DNA from: Centroscyllium fabricii
Taxonomy: Eukaryota
Direction: 5' to 3'
Length of the DNA: 64,000 nt
NCBI GenBank assembly: GCA_051313645.2
Contig: JBNRSN020000003.1
Location: 84,444,001-84,508,000 of the forward strand
Shown here: positions 1 through 12,800 of the stretch, piece by piece
Position numbering within the stretch: position 1 is the first letter of the stretch
Layout: each line of letters opens with the position of its first letter
Notes under the pieces: generated by a model
Databases searched by the model: none
Seen by the model: only the letters and a program-made list of their open reading frames with translations
Told to the model about the DNA's origin: nothing
Position numbers and translations under genes: made by a program

Positions 1-2
1 AG

Positions 3-1049
3 TGTAAATGGAATAAGTCACGGACAGGAATGCTTTGGTGAAAAATCAGACTTATATTTATTTGGTCTAACATACACTGGCTAAAACATGCACTACTAAA
101 CAAAATCACTGTCTCTGTGGAGAATAAGATCCAGGTTACAAACAACATACATACAACACACAACTGGGAACTATAACATGCAGTAATTCCCTTGTTGCTA
201 TGGTGGACTTGAACTCCACCCCTACCAATGAATTACCAGTCACATAAGCCTCTTCACCTGGCTGAACCAAATGAAGCTTCCACCCCGGAATAGCCCAAAA
301 AATTCACTTCTGTGAAAAACTCTAAGCCCTTACAGCTCACCCAGCTCGCCTGGGATATCGGGTTACCGGCTTGGGACACTCGAGACCATGTTTAACACTA
401 CACACAGTCGGTCTCGATCACTCCACTCAGCGGCTTCTTCTCTGGTACTTCTTGTTAGGTCAATCTTGGTAGAGCGGGAGCGAGAGAGAGAAAGAATGGT
501 GGAAAAGGATCTATGTTTATAGGAGTCTGGCTATCCCTGTCTTTTCTGCCAATCTTTAAAATCCTTTTGTTTCTAAGCACTCTGGTGCTTAATCAGTGAT
601 GGGTCATCATCGGACCCATGAGTATTCCGTGATTGGATTAATGCCCTAAGTCTGGAACATATCTTCGGTCTTTGTGTTGGGAAAAACTGGCTCCTCTTCG
701 GCTGGCTGAGGCTAGTGGGTTCATTGTTCTGCTTCTCTTCTGAGATGGAGGCGAGAAGTGCTCTTGCATATTAGAGTGGCTTTCTAATAAGTTCAAGTTC
801 AACGGGTGCCTCAGGGTCCTCAGCCCCTTCGTCAATGGCCCCCTTCCTTTTCCCAGGACTGTCGGGCGAACCCATACATTCCGGATGACTGACAGTTCTT
901 TTGTCACAGCCAACTGCCATGCATTCTCTGGAGTTTTAACAAACCATTCCCCAATGCATCTGCACAGGGTGATTCCACCACAGGGAAAACACCCTCAGAA
1001 AAATCTCATAAAGTCCACAAAAATATTCTCGACCGAGTCCATCTCTTCA
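3..1049 (-). repeat. 3' LTR (~1.05 kb) of the env-bearing element
   Basis: Minus strand starts TGAAGAGATGG right after the PPT. CCAAT ~631-636, TATAAA ~516-521, AATAAA 57-62; ends ...TTTACA at 3. Confidence 0.75.
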
Positions 1050-1534
1050 GTCCCCCATTTGATGTTTTTCTTTCCACAAAGCATCACTTGACGAGAGAGC
1101 AAAAGCCAAAGTCTCCCACAAGTGAAGCTGTTTCCCTGAATTTACGTTTTAAAGCCCGGAACTGTACCCCTTACTGCGTGTCATGGTTCCCTTCTACCGA
1201 GTCAAAACATCAGCAAAACGGCTTCTTAACACATTCAAACGGCTGGGTTCCAATTCCCACCAACAAACTTCAAGTCAAAGTACAGAACATTAATAAGATC
1301 CACAGGACGTTACCAAAAAGTCACCGCGCACATCACACAGTACAGCATTGACAGGTGGTAACACATTACAAAAATGCAACAACGTACATCGCGCAATACA
1401 GAGTGTAAAACTATAACCAGAATACAATACACTTGCTTACAGAACTTTGGTACATTACAAGTTTTGGCAGGGAGAAAACCATCATCAACATAAATCAATT
1501 ACACCTTTCTGGATCGATCTAACACCCCTTGCCA

Positions 1535-2004
1535 TCACGCTCGGAGCATTTGGCTCCATCGCCTGCAGCTGGTGTAAAACAAGTAGCTTACAAGGAACAA
1601 TTGTATGATAACTAATGCATGGGAGCAGATGCGGATCCAGGGAGGAATCTCTATACTCAGACCGATGTCCCACCATGGTGGCGAGACAATCCCCTTGATC
1701 TCCCCCACTGTCTTTTGCTCTAAAGTGTAAAAATGTTTCTGGGAGAGCTCAATGGTCTTTATTAACTCAGTAAGGTGTTCCAGCAGAAAAGAAATCGGGT
1801 ACCTGAAATGCTCCACATAGTCCTGGAGATGCGTGAAGGTGTTTTTCACAGTGACGTGAATGGTCGAGGGTTCGGAGATGGGAGTAATTTGCTTTTGTGC
1901 CACTTGAACCTCAGCCTTGGGTTTGAAGCAAAAACTGCTCTTGCTCACTGGACACCACATGTCCTGGCTGCACCGGTAGCGGAGTGCACTTGTGGTGACA
2001 CAGT
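1535..2004 (-). pseudogene. env: env segment 4: HR2, transmembrane anchor, short tail
   Basis: LLEHLTELIKTIELSQKHFYTLEQK heptad, WW, hydrophobic ALVIIQLFLVSYLFY, RRWSQMLRA*. Confidence 0.8.
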
Positions 2005-3223
2005 GGGGTCAATTTTCCTCAAGGTGTGGGGAATTGGTGGGTTTCCCGCAGGTCAGGTTTTCTTCCCGCTTTCTGAAGGGTCTGGGAGATCCACGCAATT
2101 TCAGGTTAATTGGCCAATTAAATCCCCGCGTGTGGGAGCCCTTGCCACTGGATTGTTTCCAGACAGAAATCCGGCAGGCTTTCATAGAAACATAGAAACT
2201 AGGAGCAGGAGTAGGCCATTCAGCCCTTCGAGCCTGCTCCGCCATTCAATGAGATCATGGCTGATCATCCAAACCCAGTACCCCGCCCCTGCCCTCTCCC
2301 CATATCCCTATCGAGCCTGCACTGACACATATCCCACCCTTTCCCCGTAACCCCATAACCCCCACACATTCAATCCCCCTAACACTAAGGGTCAATTTAT
2401 CCTGGCCAATCAACCTAACCCGCACATCTTTGGACTGTGGGAGGAAACCGGAGCACCCGGAGGAAACCCACGCAGACACGGGGAGAATGTGCAAACTCCA
2501 CACAGATAGTACCCGAGGCTGGATTTGAACTCGGATCGCCAGTGCTGAGAGACAGCAGTGCTAACCACTGTGCCACCGTGCCGCTGTTCGGCTGTTTAAA
2601 GAGCAGAGTCATAATCCTACTGAAACCACAGAGATTTAGTGACAGCTGCTGTTTCAAAGGATTGTGAAAGAGGTCTGACATCACAATGCCTACTTGAAAA
2701 CCAGAGAGATTGAATGACAGTTGCTGTTTGTTTCAATGGCTGCCTGCTCCAGCACAGCCATTTCATTGAGAACTGAGGGGCTATCAGTCAAAGCAGCTAC
2801 AAGGTGAGTTTGTGACAGCTTTTTTCCCCAGTGATCTTGTACACCCTAGGGATACAGTTAGTCCTCATGAAGGCTAGAGCCCAGGGGCAACTTCTGCTGC
2901 AGCTGCTTGAATGATAGTCAGTAAGTTACTAGTGTCCCCGCCAGGTTTCACCACTGTGGTTCCCTCCAGGCATGCTTAGCGTGGGAAAAGGCTGAAAATT
3001 GCAAGGGGCCCTTAAAATGGCATTATACATGCCAATTAAGGGTCCTTAATGAGCCGAACGACCATCCCCGCTGGTGGCAGGCGGGACTGAAGCGGGTTGA
3101 TCGGACCCGCCGGGCTGAAACTCACAAGCTGCTGGGAAACCGGCGGGAGGGTTTGCGATTCCGCTATTTTTCCTCCCCGGCCGCTTAAAAAGCCACCTGT
3201 CGGCTCATTGAAAATTGACCCCC
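2005..3223. mobile_element. Non-autonomous DNA transposon (PIF/Harbinger-like MITE) inserted in env
   Basis: TIR GGGGTCAATTTTC (2005-2017) / GAAAATTGACCCC (3210-3222). The env frame is restored on removal. TSD not clean. Confidence 0.7.
2183..2585 (-). mobile_element. HE1-type V-SINE (tRNA head, V domain, CR1-derived tail)
   Basis: Head GCGGCACGGTGGCACAGTGGTTAGCAC, V core TGGAGTTTGCACATTCTCCCCGTGTCTGCGTGGGTTTCC, (TTTCTATG)n tail. Confidence 0.9.
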
Positions 3224-3763
3224 GTATGTCCCACTCCCTATGTATGCTATCTGTGGAGGTACGTGATCTGGTGCCATCACTTCCATGGTGCAATTGATAG
3301 GTTCCGTGCCTGCAGAAGCAAACCCACATTCTGGTCGCGCAAAAGCATTCGAGTGCTGGGGACACAGTATTGTGTGTGCACCCCGGCTCTGGCATCTGGA
3401 GAGGTCAGTGCCTGTTATACCATGCTCCCACTTTATGACATACAATGAGACCGCTTTAAAACGAACATGTACTCCTTCATGAATGACCCTGATATTCTCA
3501 ACCCGGAATGACTCGCCCATTATCGGCATCCTCACTACAATTCCCATCACTGTATGATTGGACCGCCCACAATCTACAGGGACAGGGTAGGCTTCAGAGG
3601 CTAAACAAAGCTGGCACAGGCTCAACGAATTGCTATGCAGGTGCAGCGTGGCAAGATGCTTGTTGCTTAACCATGAAGGGACGTGACCTTGTCTCAGATC
3701 CTCCAGGTTACTGCGGTCCTCACCCAGCAACCATGCTCCATACAACACACCTCATTCTATGCA
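3224..3763 (-). pseudogene. env: env segment 3: Cys-rich ectodomain
   Basis: NLEDLRQGHVPSWLS motif, several Cys (C..ILCP..EC..NCT); joins GSGTY|CVTTS across the MITE. Confidence 0.75.
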
Positions 3764-4749
3764 TGTAACGGTGGGGTGTGGGGCCCAAATGCAAGACACT
3801 GATAAAACTGTCTAGGTCCTTAAATTCCTTTATATACAAAAACTGTTGTAATAACAAACATACATGCATACATTCATAAAGTTACAATACATAATTAAAT
3901 GGCATACAATTAGTTAGATACAGAAAAACAAGTTCCCTTCCGAACTGGTACAAAACTTTCCTCAGTGCGTGGAATGATACTCCGTCAAGTGCATCATAGT
4001 GTTGTGAATTACATGTCCAACCCTGACTACAGGTGGTAGAGAGAAAAGTCCAGGCTGTTGAATTAGGAATACTCCCGAGTCCGCCCTACAGCAGGGACTC
4101 ACTCCAACGGAGTCTTCAGAGGAAGAATCCATCTTCACAAACAAGGAAACTCCCCACATACTCTACTGAAATGTCCAAACCTCAGTTCGGGTGATAACGA
4201 CCAATGTCCAGGAAGTAGAACCAGGATTTCTTCAAAGTCCGCTTCACCGCGGGGACTCAACCCAACGGAGTTCACAGAACGAGAATACTTGATCTACTTA
4301 GCAGGGGAACACCCTTACTTAACTAATGGAATGTCCAAACCTGAGCCCAGGTGGCAGAGTGCAATGTCCAGAATGTAGACAACCGTAGTTCTCCGAAGTC
4401 CGCTCCACAGCTAAGACTCACTCTACCCGAGTTTCCAGAAGAGAATACATCATCTACAAGGCAGGGGAACGCCCAAACCCATTGCCTCTCCAGGAGCTCA
4501 GACAGCAACCACTCCTTCCAGTAGTTCGTAGTAATGAGTAGTAAGTAGTGTAATGATCCGGCCACACCCTGGTCACAGAGCCCAGCTTATAAGCCGATCA
4601 GCCAAACACGATTCATTAATGCAAACCAATAAAATGCAAGTATTGAGAACCAGGAACACACAGGTATGTGAACAGTTAATTGAGGTACAATGAACCAAAA
4701 ACAGAGAATTCCAAAATGGATTCCTTAAAGGGGAATGCCATCTGTGACA
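3764..4749 (-). mobile_element. Solo LTR (986 bp) inserted in env
   Basis: TGT...ACA termini; perfect TSD ATGCA at 3759-63 and 4750-54. Orientation inferred. Confidence 0.85.
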
Positions 4750-5256
4750 ATGCAACCAGCTCCGAGGCGTTCCTGTCCTCCCATATCAAATCATTAACAG
4801 TTTTTGCATGCCTCTCCAGCTCCGCAATGATGTCCTTTAAATGAACGGTCATTGCCTGGTCCTCATGAAGCTCTGAACCCACCACTGTATTCTCTTCCCC
4901 TAGAACCTTACGCAGTTGGTTCTTTAACCCAGTGATCTGCATCTGGAGTTGTGCATCATTCATACTATTAACAATACCCATTCCTGTACTAAACGCTGTG
5001 GCTACATCATTCCAAGTCCCTCTTCTCTGCCTCCTGGACCCCACACTATCCCCAACATTCAGATTATAAAGCTGTTCTTTCTCTACATTTCCATAGTCCA
5101 CTTCATAAAATTCCTGAAATATCGCTTTTAACAGAGCTTCATAAAGCTTCTCCGTCTTCCTTGGACACCACACAGGCAGATGGACTTCAGTTAGGTTCAG
5201 GATCACGGATGCCATGGTATAATGCACGTTCTGAAACAACACTTTGTCAGTAGGGC
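4750..5256 (-). pseudogene. env: env segment 2: furin site, fusion peptide, heptad repeat 1
   Basis: RRQRR (5021-5035) followed by GTWNDVATAFSTGMGIVNS and an amphipathic heptad LQMQITGLKNQLRKVL...LKDIIAELERHAKTVNDL; sequons NLT, NAS. Confidence 0.85.
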
Positions 5257-7065
5257 TGTTAAGTCTGCACACTGGGTTACAGTGTTGCATTCGAGTACAC
5301 GTAGTTATTGTTATGTTATGTCTGAAATCTGTGATAAGTACTTGATTGCTTTTGTCTGTGATTGTGATAGGTATGCGATTGCTTTTGTCTGGATTTAGTT
5401 GGACACCATTAAAATCTACTCGAGTTCAGTTTGAGAGTCTGCCATTGATTTCACCCTGCAAACGCAACATTTGACGACAAGGTTGGCTGAAATTTCTCTT
5501 CCACCACCTCCTCCCTTCCTGGCACTACCCGGTGAGCCCCCGATCCCATGGGTTCACTGGTTACAGTCCTTTGAAACCTACCTCATCGTTCTTGGCCTAG
5601 ACGATGTGAGTGCAGCACGGAAAAAGGCACTGTTATCCCATTGCTTGGGAGCGGAGGGCCAGCGTGTTCTTGCGGCATTATGGACAGCAGACTCATTACA
5701 AACCAATGATATGGCTGTGGCTCTGTTAAAGTCATACTTCACTGCCCCACAAAGTGCCTTCCTCCGGCGATTCATTTTTAGACAGTGTCACCAACTCCCC
5801 GGCGAGTCTGTGCATCAGTATGTGGCTAATTTGAGGGGGTTAGCTAGCTCCTCCAAGTTCGGTGCACTACAAGATGAGATGGTGCGTGATCAACTAATAG
5901 AGCACACCAACAACGTGAGAGTGCGTGAAAGACTGTTACTCGAGTCCGACGATCTGTTGTTGTCACAGGCAGTTAACATTGCCTTTCAAGTGGAGTCTGC
6001 AGCCGAATGTGCAGCGAGGCTGGTGGGACATCCAGTGAGTGGCTTCTCCAGCGCCCCCTTCCACTCTGAACTCTCACACATGGCTCAGACACACACACCC
6101 AGTGACAGCACCCTCGGCCCCGACAGCTCTGCTACTGTAATGCTCGCGCGATGGCAGCAACGTGCGCTACCACAGCAACAGTGTGGAAACTGGATCTCGT
6201 TCACATGCTACCAGAGCACAGAATTGCCACGTGCGCGGCCAAGCCTGACGCAATTGTGGAAAACAAAATCACTTTGCCAACATCTGCCGCTCTGCCCCTG
6301 TTGCTTCAAATGAACACTTTCAGTCCTCAAGCACTATAACTCACAACGTGAACTCTGGGACAGTAGTGGCTTTCAAGTCATGCACAGTTAACCTGGATGA
6401 TGTGTGCATTCCACTATTGTTGGATACCGGTGCCAGTGTCTCACTGCTGAATGTGGACACATTCAAACAATTTTTCAGCTCCCTGCCATTCTCTGCACCC
6501 TCCACGGCCCTCTGCGGGTATGGTAAATCGAAAATTGACCTAGTGGGCTCAGTCAACCACACTACGCTATGGAACAAAAGTTTTGCCAGATTTTTGTTTT
6601 CATGTGGCACGCCATGGAGCTAACCTGATGGGACTGGATCTTTTCACTGACCTGGGTTTTTCTCTCTTGGACACCGGCGGGTCTGCGATTCTGCACGTCG
6701 CCTCATCGTGGCGCCAAATATGTCCAGCACTCTTCGAGGGTCTGGGCTGCCTGACTGCCTTCACCCACCAGCCAATGGTTGACTCCACCGTTACCCCTGT
6801 TATTCAGCCACTGCGCCGCAACCCACTTGCTCTCCGTGACGGGGTCACAGCTGAACTAAAGCAACTATTGGAAGTTGGGCTCATCGAACCGGTTGATGCC
6901 TCCCCATGGGTCTCCAACCTGGTGGTCGCAAAGAAAAAGACAGGTGGTCTATGCGTCTGTGTCGACCTTCAAGCACTGAATAAGGCCGTAATCTCTGACA
7001 AATATCCACTGCCCACGTCAGAGGAACTCACAGTGCAGTTCTATGGCTCCATCCTGTTCTCGAAA

Positions 7066-7165
7066 CTGGGTTTGGATGATCAGCCATGATCTCATCAAAA
7101 TGGCGGAGCAGGCTCGAAGGGCCGAATGGCCTAATCCTGCTCCTATCTTCTGTTTTTTCTGTATT
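7066..7165 (+). mobile_element. CR1/HE1 3' tail fragment replacing most of RT
   Basis: GGATGATCAGCCATGATCTC...GGCCGAATGGCCT tail between RT motif A and the RNase H text. Confidence 0.8.
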
Positions 7166-8756
7166 CAGTAGGAGAGCGTGAGGCGCAGGCGTGCGTCTGG
7201 GCATGTGAGCAGCGGCACCTGTACACGTATGGCCATGCCTTCACCCTGCGAACCGATCATCAGGCTCTCACTGCCCTGCCGTTGACATCCGGCACGGGCC
7301 ACAGACCACTGCGTCTACACCGCTGGTCTGACTGCCTCCACCAATACAACCTCAGTCTCCAGTTCTCGTCAGGACGTGACAATGTTGTTGCAGCTCTGCT
7401 CTCCCGCACTGTCTCTGCCCCAGACCCACTCGTTGGTTTTGAACATGTGGAACAGGATATTAGACAGATGCTGCAGATGCCTCTCCAGACCACAGTCTCT
7501 CTCAAGGAGCTCAAAGAGGCCTCTGAACAGGATCCGGCCCTCTCCCAGCTGTGCACCTTCATCCGGGATGGCTGGCCTCGCAAGATGCCTGAGGAACTGT
7601 CTGCCTACTCCAGAGTGAAAGAGGAGCTCTCCTGCTGGAATGACTCCTGTGTTGCACGTGGGCTCTGCACTGTGGTCCCAAGTGCCCTTCGTGCACGTGT
7701 TTAATCCATGGCGCATGAGGGCCACTTGGGCATAGTGAAGCTCAAACAACGATGCTGAGACCTAGTGTGGTGGCCGGGTATCGACAGGGAAATCGAGGCC
7801 CTGGTCAAGGACTGTGCAGCGTGCCTTCTAAGTGGCAAAACTGGCTGCCAAGCTCCTCCACCCCTACAACTCCTTGCCTGGCCCTCTCAGCCCTGGGAGC
7901 ACCTGCAGCTGGACGTCTGCAGGGAGATCCATGGTGTCCCCCACCATCAACGGTTCCTACTTGTGACCTATGACCTGCACTCAAAATGGCCAGAGGTCAC
8001 TGCCGTGGGCTCCGTCACCTCTCAGGTCATCATCAATATCCTTGAGTCACTCTTCTCCCACTGGGGGCATCCAAAGGCCATCACCACAGACAATGGCCCC
8101 CAAATGGTCTCTTTGGAACTCTCCTCCTACCTCGAGAACAAAGGCATCCGTCACATATGCACAGCGTACTACCACCCCCAATCAAATGGGGGGGTGGAGC
8201 GTTTTAACCAGACACTGAAAAATGGCCTCAGAGCACACCTATCCCAGGGGTGTGCATTTGACAAGTCCCTCCTCCACACACTGCTGCACTACAGAGCCTC
8301 CCAGCATTCCACTACAGGGGTCTCACCCGCATCCCTCATGCTAGGCCGTGAGCTCATGTTGCCACTTGACAGGCTCTGCCCCTCGCTATCTCAGAGCCCT
8401 GCTCCACGGCCTCAAGCCACAGTCGCCACACAGCAGGAGAAGATGAAACTCCGCTTTGACCAATCAAGGAGGGCCAAGGCACCCAACATCTCAGTCTCCG
8501 ATTGGGTCAGAGTCCGCAGGCCTCACCGCAACAATAAAATGGCCTCATTCTGGTCCTCCCCTCTCCAAATCAGCCGCCAACTAGGACCGGCCACTTTCTG
8601 CCTCACTGACGGCTCCCGGTGGCATGCCAACCGCCTTCGGAAGGTGCCAGCACCCCCTGATGCAGGTTTACACGGATCTCATTCCCAAGCCTTACCCCCA
8701 GATTGGCGGGATGTACATGTGGTGGCTCAGCTAGCATACCCTCAAGCAGATATTGC

Positions 8757-9595
8757 ACCTCAGCCTGCTCCTCACCAGTCCCCCCTTCGGCCTACTCCTC
8801 ACCAGTCCCCACCTCAGCCTACTCCTCACCAGTCCCCATCTCGGCCTACTCACCAGTCCCCACCTCGGCCTACTCACCAGTCCCCACCTCAGCCTACTCC
8901 TCACCAGTCCCCACCTCGGCCTACACCTCACCAGTCCCCAGATCGGCCTGCTCCTCACCAGTCCCCATCTCTGCCTACTCCTCACCAGTCCCCACCTCGG
9001 CCTACTCCTCACCAGTCCCCACCTCGGCCTACTCCTCACCAGTCCCCACCTCGGCCTACACCTCACCAGTCCCCACATCGGCTTGCTCCTCACCAGTCCC
9101 CATCTCTGCCTACTCCTCACCAGTCCCCACCTCGGCCTACCCCTCACCAGTCCCCACATCGGCCTGCTCCTCACCAGTCCCCATCTCTGCCTACTCCTCA
9201 CCAGTCCCCACCTCGGCCTACACCTCACCAGTCCCCAGATCGGCCTGCTCCTCACCAGTCCCCATCTCTGCCTACTCCTCACCAGTCCCCACCTCGGCCT
9301 ACTCCTCACCAGTCCCCACCTCGGCCTACACCTCACCAGTCCCCACATCAGCCTGCTCCTCACCAGTCCCCATCTCTGCCTACTCCTCACCAGTCCCCAC
9401 CTCGGCCTACCCCTCACCAGTCCCCGCCTCGGCCTACTCCTCACCAGTCCCCACATCGGATGCTCCTCACCAGTCCCCAGCTCGGCCTACTCCTCACCAG
9501 TCCCCACCTCGGCCTGCTCCTCACCAGTCCCCTCCTCGGCCTACTCCTCAGCAGTCCCCACCTCGGCCTGCTCCTCAACAGTCCCCATCTCGGCC
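8757..9595 (+). repeat. 27-bp minisatellite (~31 units) in the integrase C-terminal coding region (PTPHQSPPR)n
   Basis: Unit CCTACTCCTCACCAGTCCCCACCTCGG with recurring variants. Confidence 0.95.
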
Positions 9596-9828
9596 TGTTC
9601 GTACACTTTCTCGCCCTGGCCACCTACAGGACTTTGTCACTACATTTCACGTTTGAAATTCTGTGAGGGGGGAGGAAATGTTATGTCTGCACACTGGGTT
9701 ACAGTGTTGCATTCGAGAACACAAAGTTATTGATGTGCTATGTCTGAAATCTGTAATAAGTACTCGATTGCTTTTGTCTGTGATTGTGATAGGTATGCGA
9801 TTGCTTTTGTCTGGGTTTAGTTGGACAC

Positions 9829-12800
9829 TGATGCACAATCAATTACGCCAGTCGATGGTGAGATGTAATCGAGGCTTTTATTCACATTGAACAGGACACA
9901 GGTCCGACGATCTTCCAAGCCAAAGTGAGAGCACTCAGGTGTGCTCTCACTTTTATACCCAGTGGGCGGAGCCTGGGGAGGAAGCCGAGGAGCGGAGTCC
10001 TCCCAGGTGAGTCCTCCCTGGCAGGGAGACGTTCCGTGCATTTACAGGGAGGGGACACAAGGGGGAGACATCTATACACAACATAGAGTGGTTTACCACA
10101 TTCACCCCCTGTTTAAAAAAATGAAGGCGGGGTGAGTGATCTTTTAATATATATATATACAAAGTTCAAATGTTCAGTCTGTCTGGCGGTCTGGTCTGCC
10201 GAGTCGACCGTCGCAGAGCTGGTCTTGGTGGCGTTTCCGGGGTCGACGGTTGTGCAGTCTCCAGCTGTTGTCTGATCCCTGTCCGTACGATGTCTTCCGA
10301 AGTCGGTGGTGGCGCAGCCGTGGGGGGGTGGGGGTCATGCGTCGGTCCATCCCGCATTTCCACTGTGCCGCCTACTGGAGCTATAAGGGAACCATACGAC
10401 AGCGTCTCGTGAAGGGGAACGGTGGTGGTGGTGGGGGTGGGGATGGGGGTAGGGTGGCCGGTGGTCTCTGGGGCCCCCGAGGGCGCAAGGTCCCTAATGG
10501 AGACCGTGTCCTCCCGCCCGTTTGGGAACGCCACGTCGGCGTACTGGGGGTCGGCGTGGAGGAGCTGCACCCTCTCGACCAGGGGGTCTGTCTTGTAGGC
10601 CCTCACGTGTCTCCGGAGCAAGACAGGCCCGGGAGACGTCAGCCATGTTGGCAGCGAGGTCCCGGATGCAGACTTCCTGGGGAAGCAAAACATCCGCTCG
10701 TGGGGGGTGGCATTGGTGGCGGTGCAGAGCAGTGACCTGATGGAGTGGAGGGCATCTGCGAGAACCTCCTGCCAGCGGGAGGCGGGGAGGCCCCTGGACC
10801 GCAGGGCAAGGCTGATGGCCTTCCAGACGGTGCCGTTCTCCCGCTTAACCTGCCCGTTGCCCCGGGGGTTGTAGCTGGTGGTCCTACTCATCGCAATCCC
10901 TTTGCACAGCAGGTACTGGCGCAGCTCGTCACTCATGAACGCTGACCCCCTGTCTGAGTGAATATAGTTGGGGTAGCCGAACATGGCAAAGATGCTGTGT
11001 AGACTCCTGATGGTTGTGGCTATGGTCATGTCTGGGCACGGGATTGCGAAGGGGAAGCGTGAGTACTCATTGATCACTGTCAGGAAGTACCCATTCCTGT
11101 TGGTGGAGGGGAGGGGGCCCTTGAAATCGACGCTCAGTCGTTCATAGGGGCAGGTGGCTTTGACCAAGCTGGCTCTGCTAGGCCGGAAAAATTTAGGTTT
11201 GCACTCCGCGCAGGTGGGGCAGTGCCTGGTGACTTCCCGGACGTCCGAGACCGAGTAGGGCAGGTTGCGGGACTTCACGAAGTGAAAAAGCTGCGTGACT
11301 CCGGGATGGCAGAGGTCATTGTGGATGGCTTGCAGTCTATCCACTTGTGCGCTGGCACAGGTTCCACGGGATAGTGCGTCCGGGGGCTCATTGAGTTTAC
11401 CGGGCCGGATGTCATAATTATAGGTGGACAGTTCAATTCTCCACCGTAGGATTTTATCATTTTTGATTTTACCCCGCTGGTTGTTACTAAACATGAAAGC
11501 CACCGACCGCTGGTCAGTGAGCAGGGTAAATCTTCTACCGGCCAGGTAGTGTCTCCAGTGCCGCATCACTTCCACGATGGCCTGGGCCTCCTTCTCCACT
11601 GATGAATGCCTGATTTCAGGGCCATGGAGGGTGCGGGAGAAGAAGGCTACCGGCCGTCCAGACTGGTTGAGAGTGGCGGCCAGGGCAAAGTCAGAGGCAT
11701 CACTTTCCACCTGGAACGGGGCGGATTCGTCCACGGCATGCATTGTCGCCTTGGCGATGGCTTCTCTGATGCTGTCGAAGGCTGCATGAGCCTCGTTCAA
11801 CAGGGGGAAGGAGGTGGATTTCAGGAGGGGGCGGGCCTTGTCAGTGTACTGGGGGACCCATTGGGCGTAGTACGAAAAGAAGCCCAGGCACCTTTTCAGG
11901 GCTTTTGGGCTCTGGGGGAGGGGGAGCTCCATGAGGGGGTGCATGCGTTCGGGGTCCGGGCCAATGACCCTGTTTGCCACGACGCACTCCAGGATGGCGA
12001 GGCGGGTGGTGCGGAAAACCCATTTTTCCTCATTGTAAGTGAGGTTGAGGAGCTTGGCGGTGTGGAGGAATTTGGCCAGGTTGGCATCGTGGTCCCTCAT
12101 GTCGTGGCCGCAGATCGTGACGTTGTCGAGGTAGGGGAAGGTAGCCAGCAGCCCGTTTTGGTCCACTATCCGATCCATCTCCCGCTGGAAGACCGACACG
12201 CTGTTGGTGACCCCGAAGGGAACCCTCAGAAAGTGGTAGAGGCAGCCATTCGCCTCAAAGGCGGTGAAGTGGCGGTCTCCAGGGTCGATGGGGAGCTGGT
12301 GGTAAGCCGATGTGACCATGTCTGAGATGCGAGGCAGGGGGTATGCGTCCAATTGGGTGAAGCGGTTGATCGTCTGGCTGTAATCGATGACCAGGCGGTG
12401 TTTGGTGCCGGTCTTGACGACTACAACCTGGGCTCTCCAGGGGCTGTTGCTGGCCTCGATGATCCCCTCCTTCAGTAGCCGCTGGACCTCAGACTTAATA
12501 AACAGTCTGTCCCCCGTGCTGTAGCGCCTGCTCTTGGTAGCTATGGGCTTACAGTTGGGGGTGAGGTTAGCAAATAGTGAGGGAGGGGAGACTTTAAGGG
12601 TCGAAAGGCCGCAAACGGTGTGGGGTTCGCGTTGCGCGAACTGCTGGCTACAGACAGTCAACGGGGGGAGGGAACCACCGTATTTCATAATAACACTGTC
12701 GAGGTGGCTCTGAAAGTCAAGGCCCAGTAGGACAGCAGCGCAGAGGTGGGGGAGGACTAATAGTTTAAAATGGTTGTACACGGTACCCCGCACTTTCAAT

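Larger units (their letters stand above)
5471..9656 (+). pseudogene. gag-pol: gag-pol remnants (Gag, protease LLDTGA, partial RT, RNase H, integrase)
   Basis: ORFs 5471-6313, 6348-6623, 6583-7089 (SPWVSNLVV), 7282-7704 and 7765- (TDNGPQ, SNGGVERFN); multiple frameshifts. Confidence 0.9.

Noticed and set aside
1060-1534. Accessory ORF between env and the 3' LTR
   Set aside because: Only a short 62-aa frame without recognisable motifs.
4676-5290. 204-aa ORF as a stand-alone gene
   Set aside because: Its start and stop come from the two flanking inserted LTRs; only 4750-5256 is env.
8757-9595. CRISPR-like array or Pol II CTD-like (YSSPVPTS) protein
   Set aside because: Head-to-tail repeats without unique spacers inside an integrase; alternative-frame ORFs are open only because the unit has no stops.
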